Below are positions 10,672 through 19,424 of a stretch of DNA of 49,612 nucleotides, piece by piece. Within the stretch, counting starts at the first letter, position 1, and each line of letters opens with the position of its first letter. The DNA is from Planctomycetaceae bacterium (GTDB lineage Bacteria > Planctomycetota > Planctomycetia > Pirellulales > Thermoguttaceae). The position numbers and the translations under genes were made by a program. Where the stretch lies: the NCBI GenBank assembly GCA_031268995.1, contig JAIRWK010000064.1:1-49612 (forward strand). Direction: 5' to 3'. A model generated the notes under the pieces. It was not told the DNA's origin and ran no database searches. It worked only from the letters and a program-made list of their open reading frames with translations.

Positions 10672-11571
10672 ATGACAAAAATATTGTCTGAACCAATACC
10701 TGTTTTTTTTGCAGCTAATGTCGGCTATTATCAGCATCTGTGTGTGGCAATAGTTTCATTACTTGAAAACAACCGCAGTAGAAACTTTGCTATCTATGTT
10801 CTTACTGATGATGAAAATTCTCTTGAAAATGAGAAAATAAGACAGTTAAAAAAATTATATGATAATTTTGAAATAACTTTTACAGAAATCGACAGGACAA
10901 AACTTGAGACGTTTTACGTGCCAATAAAAAGCCATTTAACTGTGCAAACATACTACCGCTGCTTCATTCCCCTACTATTTCCAACACTAACGAAAGCGAT
11001 TTATCTTGATAGTGATTTGCTGATCGAAGGTGATATTGGAAAATTATGGGAAACTGACATTGAAGGCGAAGGCTATTATCTAGCGGGTGTAGAGGATTTA
11101 GGTGCAAAAAATATTGATCACAAAAAGAAGTTGGGGATTTTAGAAAACAGTGTTTATATAAACTGCGGTGTATTGCTTATCAATTTGGCGGCATGGAGAA
11201 AAGATGATATTGTCGAAAAAATTATCGAAAATTCATGTAAACTTGGGTCGAGAGCAGAGCTCGTTGACCAAGATGTTATCAATTTTACTTTGGAAGGAGG
11301 TATCAAGAAACTAGACTGTCATTTTAATTGGTCGACGTATGATAGTATAAACGCGCCTCGAAAATTGCTATCACATAACCCAGTTATAATTTCGCATTTT
11401 ACGACATGGCGAAAGCCATGGTATCCTTTAAATAGATGCCATCATGAATCCGCTCCCAAATATTTTTATTATTTGCGTAAGACTCCATATCGAAATTTTA
11501 TTTATCGCTATTGGATGATACGGTCGTTCAAATTTGTTTTCCGTTTTTGGAATCACTTCTTCAGAAAATAG
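10672..11571 (+). CDS. glycosyltransferase family 8 (LPS/glycan alpha-glycosyltransferase-like)
   Basis: AIYLDSDLLIEGDIGKLW (DxD), YINCGVLLINLAAWR and DQDVIN motifs typical of GT8 (RfaJ/GspA-like). Confidence 0.8.
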   Translation: MTKILSEPIPVFFAANVGYYQHLCVAIVSLLENNRSRNFAIYVLTDDENSLENEKIRQLKKLYDNFEITFTEIDRTKLETFYVPIKSHLTVQTYYRCFIPLLFPTLTKAIYLDSDLLIEGDIGKLWETDIEGEGYYLAGVEDLGAKNIDHKKKLGILENSVYINCGVLLINLAAWRKDDIVEKIIENSCKLGSRAELVDQDVINFTLEGGIKKLDCHFNWSTYDSINAPRKLLSHNPVIISHFTTWRKPWYPLNRCHHESAPKYFYYLRKTPYRNFIYRYWMIRSFKFVFRFWNHFFRK

Positions 11572-11778
11572 TGGTATTTTGCTCTATTGTTCTTGAAGGA
11601 ACTAATGAATCACAAGAGATATAATTTCCTAATGTGCCATCGCATTGTCTATAGTGTGGATATTGCCGTTATTCTCGTTAGGTTGTACCTGACGGGATGG
11701 ATAATGTTTGCAGTTGCTCAAATGACCGTGCATGATTACTAAAAATAAATCTATTAACTAAATTTTAAACATATTAAA

Positions 11779-12981
11779 ATGTCAATTGCTAAAAAACTAT
11801 ACAACCTGTATAAACAAACCAAAAATCATCCAGTATTATTTTATCTCAGAAAAAGAATTTTGAATAAAATTACAAGATTTTTTACATTCCCGTTTCGACT
11901 ATTGTTCATGAAAGGCGTTAACAGCTTATTGCTTAGTAGGAGTTTTAGAAAAGAGTTGTCGAAATATTTATCACAAAAAAAGCAAGAAGGTAAAAAAACA
12001 TTCTTAGAGATACATCATGATTGGATACATTTATTATGGAATAATTTCTTTCAATCACAGAGTTGTTTTCAGTTGCAGAAAAAACTTGATGATCTTATAA
12101 GAAATCTTGATGAGTTGAGTAAAGAAATTGCTACGCGAGTTCTTTACACCCATATCATAATGTTGCATACAGAAGGAATTTTTTCATTGACTAATTTTCA
12201 ATTTTCTGATTCAGCTAATACACCAGACTTTTTTCCTCTGGACAAAGAAGAACGAAAAAAAACAAATGCAATGAAAAAAACGTTCAGAAACAAATATATT
12301 TTTACGGATGCCACAAATAAACAAAATGTTTCAACAGAATTAGATTCCTTTTTCTTAAACCAATATGATCTTAATTATTTTACGCCCGATGTTCAAAAAA
12401 TAATCGATAACAAAGATGTAATCGACGGTGGCGGATTGATTGGTGACACTGCAATGATTTTTGCGGAGTTACCAGTAAAAAAAGTTTATGTTTTTGAACC
12501 CAATCCAGATACCTTTCGAATATTGGAAAAAAATATTTCGCTAAATTCGCAGGTGCTGGGAGAGAATATACAGAAAATTACACCCGTATCATTGGCACTT
12601 GGAAAATCATGTGGTTCTACAACGCTATATTCAAACGGCAGTTGTGATGGAGGAACATCCGTACATAGCCGTAAAAGTGCCAAAGAATATGATGTGTCGG
12701 TAACGTCAATTGATGACTACGTACAAAAAAATTCTCTAAACGTTGGTTTGATAAAGTTGGATGTTGAAGGCGAAGAAAGCAATGTTATTGAGGGAGCAAT
12801 CGAAACAATAAAAACACAAAAACCACTTTTAATCATTTCGATTTACCACACGCCAAAAGACTTTTTTGAAATAAAACTTAGATTAGAAAGCCTAAATATT
12901 GGTTACAAATTTATGATCAGACAAACGACATCAGAATGCCCTACATACTATGAAATCTGCTTGTTAGGCTATCCTGAATAA
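11779..12981 (+). CDS. FkbM-family methyltransferase with N-terminal extension
   Basis: VIDGGGLIGDTAMIFA...VYVFEPNPDTFRILEKNI...IKLDVEGEESNVIEGA matches the FkbM SAM-methyltransferase pattern. Confidence 0.75.
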   Translation: MSIAKKLYNLYKQTKNHPVLFYLRKRILNKITRFFTFPFRLLFMKGVNSLLLSRSFRKELSKYLSQKKQEGKKTFLEIHHDWIHLLWNNFFQSQSCFQLQKKLDDLIRNLDELSKEIATRVLYTHIIMLHTEGIFSLTNFQFSDSANTPDFFPLDKEERKKTNAMKKTFRNKYIFTDATNKQNVSTELDSFFLNQYDLNYFTPDVQKIIDNKDVIDGGGLIGDTAMIFAELPVKKVYVFEPNPDTFRILEKNISLNSQVLGENIQKITPVSLALGKSCGSTTLYSNGSCDGGTSVHSRKSAKEYDVSVTSIDDYVQKNSLNVGLIKLDVEGEESNVIEGAIETIKTQKPLLIISIYHTPKDFFEIKLRLESLNIGYKFMIRQTTSECPTYYEICLLGYPE

Positions 12982-13242
12982 TGCCAAAGCTGTTGCATGA
13001 AATGTAACAGTTCACGAAAAAATTTTGGGGGGGCATGAGGGACACTAAGGTAGTGTATTCAAAATGCGAATTTTGAGCGTCCTAGCTTTCGGTACGACGG
13101 AATCGAGGATTTCAAAACGGCCCTGGCACGCCGTAGCAAATATGCGCCTTTAGTAGCAATCCGATCCGGCGGTTGCGCTTCGCTACACCGCCGGTTATGC
13201 ACATCACGCCCCATGCGGGGCTAAGAGAAATGTTTTGTACAA

Positions 13243-13345
13243 TATACTGAAGCTGTTTTAAAATTCCTGAAGCTGGACACGCAAGCGTAACAACGTGAAG
13301 CGGTTGTTCAAGGGCGAAGCCTATCGCCTTACCGGCTACGGTATA
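13243..13345 (+). mobile_element. family-A element, full copy
   Basis: tatactgaagctgttttaaaattcctgaagctggacacgcaagcgtaacaacgtgaagcgg...ccggctacggtata. Confidence 0.9.
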
Positions 13346-13440
13346 AATATCAGAGACACTAGGGACACAAGAGACGCAAAGGACATTGAGGACAAAATAA
13401 ATTGGGGCTGTGTTTTGTCCTTTTTGTCCTTTTTGTCCCT

Positions 13441-13754
13441 CATATCTCTGCTGTTCTTCTGTGTGTTTTTTGTTTTTCTTTTATATTTTTTTTGACGCTT
13501 TTTTTAGGCAGGTTTGGCAATCTTGGAATTCTTTGGACTTTACGATGGCGGCTCCTGATTTTAAGCGGTTTACTACATCATGCCAAAATTCACTTAAAAA
13601 TGTTGCGTGGAATTTTTTTGATCTGGCTGAAATAAATTCGTCTTGAATGTGTTTGAATAATTTTGCCAAACTTAATTTTATCGCCTCCGATACCGAATAC
13701 ACAACCGCCTCGCCACAAATAACCAATACACCCACCCCTAACACAACACCAAAC
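13441..13754 (-). repeat. direct repeat DR-b: displaced copy of the GTPase gene 3' end plus ~35 nt downstream
   Basis: Aligns base for base with 14421-14729 (offset ~975-980, a few substitutions, one small indel). Confidence 0.9.
13481..13744 (-). pseudogene. orphan 3' fragment of the GTPase gene (duplicate of its last ~83 codons)
   Basis: 87-aa ORF ...GVLVICGEAVVYSVSEAIKLSLAKLFKHIQDEFISARSKKFHATFLSEFWHDVVNRLKSGAAIVKSKEFQDCQTCLKKASKKI differs at 3 positions from the C-terminus of ORF 14456-16414. Confidence 0.8.
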
Positions 13755-13779
13755 TAATATTTTCACGATTTGTAAGTTT

Positions 13780-13986
13780 TTAGAAGTTCTCTTTATATTC
13801 CTTCATTGCTAAGTTACTCAGTTCTTTTACAGACAGATCGTCGAATAAATTCTTTTGCCATTCCGTATAATCGAATGGCTCTCGAATAATCAGACTTATA
13901 AAGCGTTCTGCTTCTACTCTGCCTAAATTATTTATCAATACCTTCATCCCTTCATTCCGTAAAGCCATTTCCGCATACATAATCAT
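13780..13986 (-). CDS. small protein translationally coupled to the PIN gene (putative antitoxin/partner)
   Basis: 68 aa. Its ATG overlaps the PIN stop (ATGA at 13983-13986). No family recognised. Confidence 0.55.
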   Translation of the reverse strand: MIMYAEMALRNEGMKVLINNLGRVEAERFISLIIREPFDYTEWQKNLFDDLSVKELSNLAMKEYKENF

Positions 13987-14423
13987 TCCTCCAATTCATT
14001 CATAAAAGTTAAAGGGTTTATTATTTTTATATCATTTAATTTTAAATTGAATAATTGTTTGTCCGTTGTTATGAAATAATCAGAATTTGTGTAAACACTA
14101 CATGCAATATGCAACGCATCTTTTGTTCTTATATTTTTAATTTTGAGATTTTCCGCATATTCAATAATTCGAGCATTTTCAACACAACAAATTTTTGCAA
14201 CACTTTTCCAATCATATACTACATTACGCCTATCATCAAATTTATTTTGATTATTTTCATATTCCAAAATATAAGACCAAACTAATTCATACTCATCATT
14301 TAATATACCCTGTTGTATAAATAATTTTGCTTCCGTTTCAAGTCTTATTTTTAACTGATTTTGATCATCAAACGGTCGATTAAATGTACAAATATCTAAA
14401 TAAAGTCTCAATTTTTTCTTCAT
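13983..14423 (-). CDS. PIN-domain protein (VapC-like ribonuclease toxin candidate)
   Basis: Start taken at MKKKLRLYLDICTFNRPFDD (ATG complement at 14421-14423). Acidic residues at the N-terminus (LDIC), 'DALHIA' and 'TTD' motifs fit a PIN fold. The longer ORF-track start (14561) reads through the GTPase 3' end. Confidence 0.65.
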   Translation of the reverse strand: MKKKLRLYLDICTFNRPFDDQNQLKIRLETEAKLFIQQGILNDEYELVWSYILEYENNQNKFDDRRNVVYDWKSVAKICCVENARIIEYAENLKIKNIRTKDALHIACSVYTNSDYFITTDKQLFNLKLNDIKIINPLTFMNELEE

Positions 14424-14729
14424 ATCAGTATATTTTTGTGTTTTTTGTTTTTCTCTTATATTTTTTTTGACGCTTTTTTTAGGCAGGTTTGGCAATCTTG
14501 GAATTCTTTGGACTTTGCGATGGCGGATCCTGATTTTAAGCGGTTTACTACATCGTGCCAAAATTCACTTAAAAATGTTGCGTGAAATTTTTTTGATCTG
14601 GCTGAAATAAAATCGTCTTGAATGTGTTTGAATAATTTTGCCAAACTTAATTTTATCGCCTCCGATACCGAATACACAACCGCCTCGCCACAAATAACCA
14701 ATACACCCGCCGCCAACACGACACCAAAC
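14421..14729 (-). repeat. direct repeat DR-a (functional 3' end of the GTPase gene plus spacer)
   Basis: Partner of 13441-13754. Confidence 0.9.
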
Positions 14730-16414
14730 CATTGCCCCGTAATTTTTGAACCAATAATAAGACCGCCAACAATAAATAAAACCGTAAACACCGGTCGCAC
14801 CAACGTTACCACCAAATCCAACAACTTAATCAATCCCACCCAAACCAAATTTTTCGCCGCCCATGTTGTTAAATTTTGCCTCAACGCATTGTCAAAATTG
14901 ACCTCCACCGGATCCAACTCACTAAGCACAACCTTTGCCCGCGCCAAAATCTCAACACGCCTACCGCCACTAACTAAACTCAACATCTCACGCCTCAACA
15001 CCAAATTGTCCGTCTCCGCAAGACGCTCAATATAACCAAAAATCGTCTCAATAAAACCAACAACAACACCCTCCTCACTCTCCCTCAAATATCGTAACAA
15101 ATTATCTTGACCATAACCCGTATTGCCGACACGTGAAAATAATTTTTGCACAATAACTCCCCACAACTTGCTAAACGGATAAACTAACTTGCCGCCAAGT
15201 ACACGATAAACATCATTTATTCTACGCAACCAAACCGCACGCTTTGCCTCATTCCACCACGCCCACATCCCGCCGGCAAGCACCGAAATGGGCATCGCCG
15301 GTAACTCCATCTCCAACTTGTCATCAATACCCTCAATCGCCGCCAACGCCGCCCCAAATTGATTCGACGCAACCTCCACCCGCCGCAAAAAAGACGGTAA
15401 ACCATTCGACTCGTCAATAATCACTCGAATAGCACCAATAAGCGTTTGAGATTTGATCCGGTCAAAATGTAACTCCGTAAATATCCGACGCAAATCCACC
15501 ATCGCCAATACAGATTGCGGGAGTTGCTCTTGAACGAATGTTTCGTGTTGTTGCGATTGCTTGTTCAGATTCAAAGTAGATTTAGTATCATTGATCTCTT
15601 CAGTACCCTTCCCGTCTTGCGGCAATTGATAAAACGGCAACCGTAATTCCGCTGCCTTGCCCCCGTCAAACGGCGCAGCAAGCACAGCAATCGGAACACA
15701 ACCAGTTTCATCACAAAATTGCTTCAACCAAATCGTAATATGCTCAACATCACGCTCAATATCAACCATATTAAAAATCACAATAACAGGTTTTGCCGCC
15801 TCCGCAGCTTCGCGGAAAAAACGGCGAACCGCCGCATCGTTGTATTTTTGACTTGTAAGCACGGCAATTATCACATCCGCCGCATTGCGCACTCCACGCG
15901 CCCGCACCCAATTCAACTCGTTGTCCGAATCAATATCCGGCGTGTCAAAAATCAAAAGCCGCTCCTCAAGACGATTGTCAACCTTCCAAAAAAGTTGATG
16001 TTCACGGCAAGATTCAAGAGGTTGCTCCGACCGCGACCACTCAACAAGATTAAAATGACAAAAATTACGCCGCAAAATATCCAAAGAATTCGGAATCGAA
16101 CCCGACACAACACAAACAGGATGCTTCGTACCCGATGCCCGATGGTCAACTCCACTGCAATAATTGCCGACAAGATGATTAAATATTACAGACTTGCCCG
16201 TATTGGTACCGCCCATCACAGAAATAATTAAATAAGCACGATCACCAACTTGCGGTAATAACTTGCACGAAAGCAAATCATACCAATCCTCACCCTCCGC
16301 CAACGAAACACCACACGCACCAACTACCCGAATAAGTTGACCAACCACACGATCAATCTCAATCGCTAATTCCGAAAGCTCCCCAAATAAACCCACTCTA
16401 TCAATCAAATCCAT
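14456..16414 (-). CDS. membrane-anchored P-loop GTPase (dynamin/Era-like G domain, C-terminal TM hairpin)
   Basis: G1 GGTNTGKS, G3 DTPD, G4-like NMVD. C-terminal hydrophobic helices (LVWVGLIKLLDLVVTLV, FTVLFIVGGLIIG, VVLAAGVLVICGEAVV). Contains a repeat-derived linker (see 15495-15589). Confidence 0.7.
   Translation of the reverse strand: MDLIDRVGLFGELSELAIEIDRVVGQLIRVVGACGVSLAEGEDWYDLLSCKLLPQVGDRAYLIISVMGGTNTGKSVIFNHLVGNYCSGVDHRASGTKHPVCVVSGSIPNSLDILRRNFCHFNLVEWSRSEQPLESCREHQLFWKVDNRLEERLLIFDTPDIDSDNELNWVRARGVRNAADVIIAVLTSQKYNDAAVRRFFREAAEAAKPVIVIFNMVDIERDVEHITIWLKQFCDETGCVPIAVLAAPFDGGKAAELRLPFYQLPQDGKGTEEINDTKSTLNLNKQSQQHETFVQEQLPQSVLAMVDLRRIFTELHFDRIKSQTLIGAIRVIIDESNGLPSFLRRVEVASNQFGAALAAIEGIDDKLEMELPAMPISVLAGGMWAWWNEAKRAVWLRRINDVYRVLGGKLVYPFSKLWGVIVQKLFSRVGNTGYGQDNLLRYLRESEEGVVVGFIETIFGYIERLAETDNLVLRREMLSLVSGGRRVEILARAKVVLSELDPVEVNFDNALRQNLTTWAAKNLVWVGLIKLLDLVVTLVRPVFTVLFIVGGLIIGSKITGQWFGVVLAAGVLVICGEAVVYSVSEAIKLSLAKLFKHIQDDFISARSKKFHATFLSEFWHDVVNRLKSGSAIAKSKEFQDCQTCLKKASKKI
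15495..15589 (-). mobile_element. diverged family-A element embedded in frame in the GTPase CDS
   Basis: Core cttgaacgaatgtttcgtgttgttgcgattgcttgttcagattcaaa matches the family-A consensus at 36 of 47 hand-aligned positions. Translated as LNLNKQSQQHETFVQEQ, parallel to LKLNTQAQQREAVVQGR read from intergenic copies. Confidence 0.65.
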
Positions 16415-16440
16415 ATCCGTACTAAATTATTTTCTGTATA

Positions 16441-16706
16441 TTAACCACAGAGAACACAGAGTTCTCAGTGGGAAGTTTTAAACACGAAAGTTTATTAAAA
16501 GGAAATTTACAAAAATACTATTTGCCAAAAAAAATTATTTCAAATTCGGTCGATTTTCAGTCAACATAAATCAACCGAATTCGAATAAAATTAATTTTTA
16601 GAAACTCCCAAAAGTTTTTAAAAATCCCCTTCCCCTTTCGTGTTTTTTTCGTATTTTTCGTGTCTTTCGTGTTTAAAAACTCCCCCCCTGTGAACTCTGT
16701 GGTTAA
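16441..16706. repeat. family-G composite repeat bounded by inverted AACCACAGAG termini
   Basis: ttaaccacagagaacacagag at the left and ctgtgaactctgtggttaa at the right. The interior carries the 'aaatactatttgccaaaaaa...ttcaaattcggtcgatttt' module and a phased ttcgtg T-tract block. Confidence 0.7.
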
Positions 16707-16717
16707 TAAACGCGGTA

Positions 16718-17383
16718 TTAAAAGAAATTAGCGCGGGCTTGTTCTTTGGTTTCTTTTGACACGGTGAAAGGAATACGAGTTGTGTAACCTGCACGCGCTG
16801 CAACTATCATTTTTGTAGGCCACGCAAAAATATCCTGATTCCAACGCATAACCGCGTCATTATAAACTTCGCGTGCTGCTGTGATTTCGCGTTGCAAGTA
16901 GCTGTTTTGTTGCATTGCATCCGCGATTGCCGCGTGTGCTTGCAAATCAGGATAACGCTCAACAGATATTTTCAAACCACTCGCAATCGCCTCCAATTGC
17001 CCCGCAACCTCTGATCGATTACTATCATTTACACTTGTCCCGCTTCGCAACGCCGCTACACTCTTCATCACATCCTTGTCCAACTCCACCGCCTTCGCAA
17101 CAAGTCCCGCAACATTTTGCAATATCACTACCCGCTGCTCAAGATAATTGTCAATCTGCGAAGCATCGTGTTGAATCTTCTGTTGCAACTGACGCAAATA
17201 ATTCTGCGCACCAATTTTCATAAACAAAAAAATCACTCCGGGTACAATAAAAAGAACCCAGAGAATAACCTCAAATAACACAGAACCAAATCCCACTTGA
17301 ACTGGTAACTGCTTCTCAATCACATTAATGTCTCTCCCCACAACATTGACAACGGGTTTCATTTCGTCTAATTCATTCGGCAT
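16718..17383 (-). CDS. lemA: LemA family protein
   Basis: N-terminal TM, then ERYPDLQAHAAIADAMQQNSYLQREITAAREVYNDAVMRWNQDIFAWPTKMIV, the characteristic LemA core. Confidence 0.8.
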   Translation of the reverse strand: MPNELDEMKPVVNVVGRDINVIEKQLPVQVGFGSVLFEVILWVLFIVPGVIFLFMKIGAQNYLRQLQQKIQHDASQIDNYLEQRVVILQNVAGLVAKAVELDKDVMKSVAALRSGTSVNDSNRSEVAGQLEAIASGLKISVERYPDLQAHAAIADAMQQNSYLQREITAAREVYNDAVMRWNQDIFAWPTKMIVAARAGYTTRIPFTVSKETKEQARANFF

Positions 17384-17431
17384 TTTTTTAATTTTTAGGT
17401 TAAGGGGTTAAATTTTATACTGGTTTCGGTA

Positions 17432-19288
17432 TTACACTTCTTGTTCTGAGATTTCGGCGAATGATTCTTTTTGCAATGGGATATATTCTATCCAATTGAC
17501 CGGAACCTGATAGATACCTGATTTATGACTGACTGTAACATAGTCAATCCGCTCTACAGCCTTGTATCCGTAAGCCGTAACGGTAACATTGTCAATGCCG
17601 CCGTTTTTCCCGTGAAGTTTCGTTTTTAAAATAGTTTTTGTTGCGAATTCAGGATGCGTGAAAAGGGACGCGGGCATCTTATTGACCGCGCATTCATGAG
17701 CAAAACAGCTAAAACGCGATTCATAAACATCCTTGTAAATAAATTCATGCGGTTTGTGTTGCTGGTACAACGGGATAGCCAGCAAAGGAGCAAAGGCAAA
17801 ATAAACCGCTCGGAAATATTCATTATTGTAATCATTAAAATTATTTCTAATAGTGTCAATATCATAATGCGTGTAGTTTTTCGGATTACCGGTAATATCT
17901 CTTGCTTGTAAATGTTCGGGTTTATGTTTTGTTTTTTCGGCTTGCAGATGTTCGGGGACAATTATGTTTATCATTTTGTCTTTTTGGAACACAAAATCAT
18001 CGCCCCACGAATATGTTGTGTCTTTGAGAAGTTTCAACATTTCGCGTTGTGCAATCGGCGTAAACAATAACCGAAACTCAACCTCGTTATCTCTATCCGA
18101 CGCACCAAATAAAGCATCAAAATCGTTGCCCATTGATGTAAAATTTTCACCTCTTGAGATTGCAGACCGCATTTGAGCGTTTTGTTTTTTGATTTCTTTG
18201 CCAACCCTTTTTTGCAACTGTTTCTCCGATAATTCCTCCGCATCCGTCGCCATACGCAAAAACGATAAATTCGGTGCCGACTCATTGCCGTAAACCAAAT
18301 AACAATCCTCGTAATATTGAGGACAAGGTTTTGTAACGTTTGCGGACAAGGTTTCCGAGCAAGTTCTTGTTTGCGATCTGCCTTTCGAATCTCTGTAACT
18401 TTCCGTCCAATGAATTGTCAAATAACCCGTGTAACTTTTCACACCAAGCAAATGATTCAACATCTTAAAAAAACAAAACGGATTACCGTTGATCTCGCCG
18501 CTCTGAATAAACAAAGTTGAAATATCTTTGTTGCTGTTGTCTTGCAAGCCGTATTTTCTGTTCAAATAATCGAAGCGTTTGATGTCAAAATAATCGTCGA
18601 GTTGTATCAGCGGGTAAGTTTCTTCCATCAACCGGCTTGACATTCGTTGTTCAAAAAGACTATTCAACGGAATCATTTGTTGCCAAGCCTGCTCTATAAT
18701 CGGTTGCAACCGCTTATCCAAATTGGCGATATTTGCCTTCAACTCTTTAATTTTCGGGGCAATCTTTTTGACTATCACAAAAATCGACCAACCCGCAAAA
18801 GAAACCGCCAAAATAAACACCAATAAAGATATTTTGTTCAAAACTCCAAAATCCAAATCGTTTTGCGCAATAAATTCATTTGCCCAACCACTCAAAACCA
18901 TTATCGACCCGATAAAACCAAGCACGCACACCACAACTAAAAATATCAATAAAATTTGCCGAAAATACGCTTTACGCAAAGATTTATTTTCAACGTCGAG
19001 TTCGGATTGCAATTTGTGGATAACGCTAACCGTTTTTCGGTTTTCTTCCTCATTTATTCCGCTTTCCGCGACCAATTTCTCAAAAAATCCGCTAACATTT
19101 TTTTGGTGTAATTCCTTGTAGATTTTTTCGTATTCGTCGAGCGGTTGAAATTCGGAGTTATGATTTTCTCGTTTTTTTGACGTATTTTTTGATAGTAACT
19201 CCGAATCGGCAACAAGTTCCTCGATTATTTGCCCGCCGACAATTCTCTGCTCTTCACCATCAACATCGTAATCAATTCCGTTTGTCAT
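17432..19288 (-). CDS. hypothetical two-TM membrane protein upstream of lemA
   Basis: Start moved to MTNGIDYD (19288), because the first 27 codons of the tracked ORF are read from a family-A repeat. Coiled-coil-like N-terminus, two TM helices, ~420-aa C-terminal domain of unknown family. Confidence 0.6.
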   Translation of the reverse strand: MTNGIDYDVDGEEQRIVGGQIIEELVADSELLSKNTSKKRENHNSEFQPLDEYEKIYKELHQKNVSGFFEKLVAESGINEEENRKTVSVIHKLQSELDVENKSLRKAYFRQILLIFLVVVCVLGFIGSIMVLSGWANEFIAQNDLDFGVLNKISLLVFILAVSFAGWSIFVIVKKIAPKIKELKANIANLDKRLQPIIEQAWQQMIPLNSLFEQRMSSRLMEETYPLIQLDDYFDIKRFDYLNRKYGLQDNSNKDISTLFIQSGEINGNPFCFFKMLNHLLGVKSYTGYLTIHWTESYRDSKGRSQTRTCSETLSANVTKPCPQYYEDCYLVYGNESAPNLSFLRMATDAEELSEKQLQKRVGKEIKKQNAQMRSAISRGENFTSMGNDFDALFGASDRDNEVEFRLLFTPIAQREMLKLLKDTTYSWGDDFVFQKDKMINIIVPEHLQAEKTKHKPEHLQARDITGNPKNYTHYDIDTIRNNFNDYNNEYFRAVYFAFAPLLAIPLYQQHKPHEFIYKDVYESRFSCFAHECAVNKMPASLFTHPEFATKTILKTKLHGKNGGIDNVTVTAYGYKAVERIDYVTVSHKSGIYQVPVNWIEYIPLQKESFAEISEQEV

Positions 19289-19317
19289 TATATCTATTAA
19301 AGGAAGTTTTATCTTTT

Positions 19318-19421
19318 TATACCGAAGCCGGTATGGGCGGTAGGCTTCGCCCATGAACAACCGCTTCACGTTGTTGCGTTTGCTTGTTCAGCCTCAGGAA
19401 TTTCAAAACAGCCTGAGCGTA
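19318..19421 (-). mobile_element. family-A element, full copy
   Basis: tataccgaagccggtatgggcggtaggcttcgcccatgaacaaccgcttcacg...gcctgagcgta. Confidence 0.9.
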
Positions 19422-19424
19422 ATG

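Noticed and set aside
13295-13495. ORFs beginning MKRLF(K/E/M)GEAYR... (also 21964-22170, 7257-7688, and the first 27 codons of 17432-19369)
   Set aside because: The shared N-terminus is a translation of the family-A repeat (gtgaagcggttgttcaagggcgaagcctatcgc). The ORFs continue into other repeats and have no independent coding signal.
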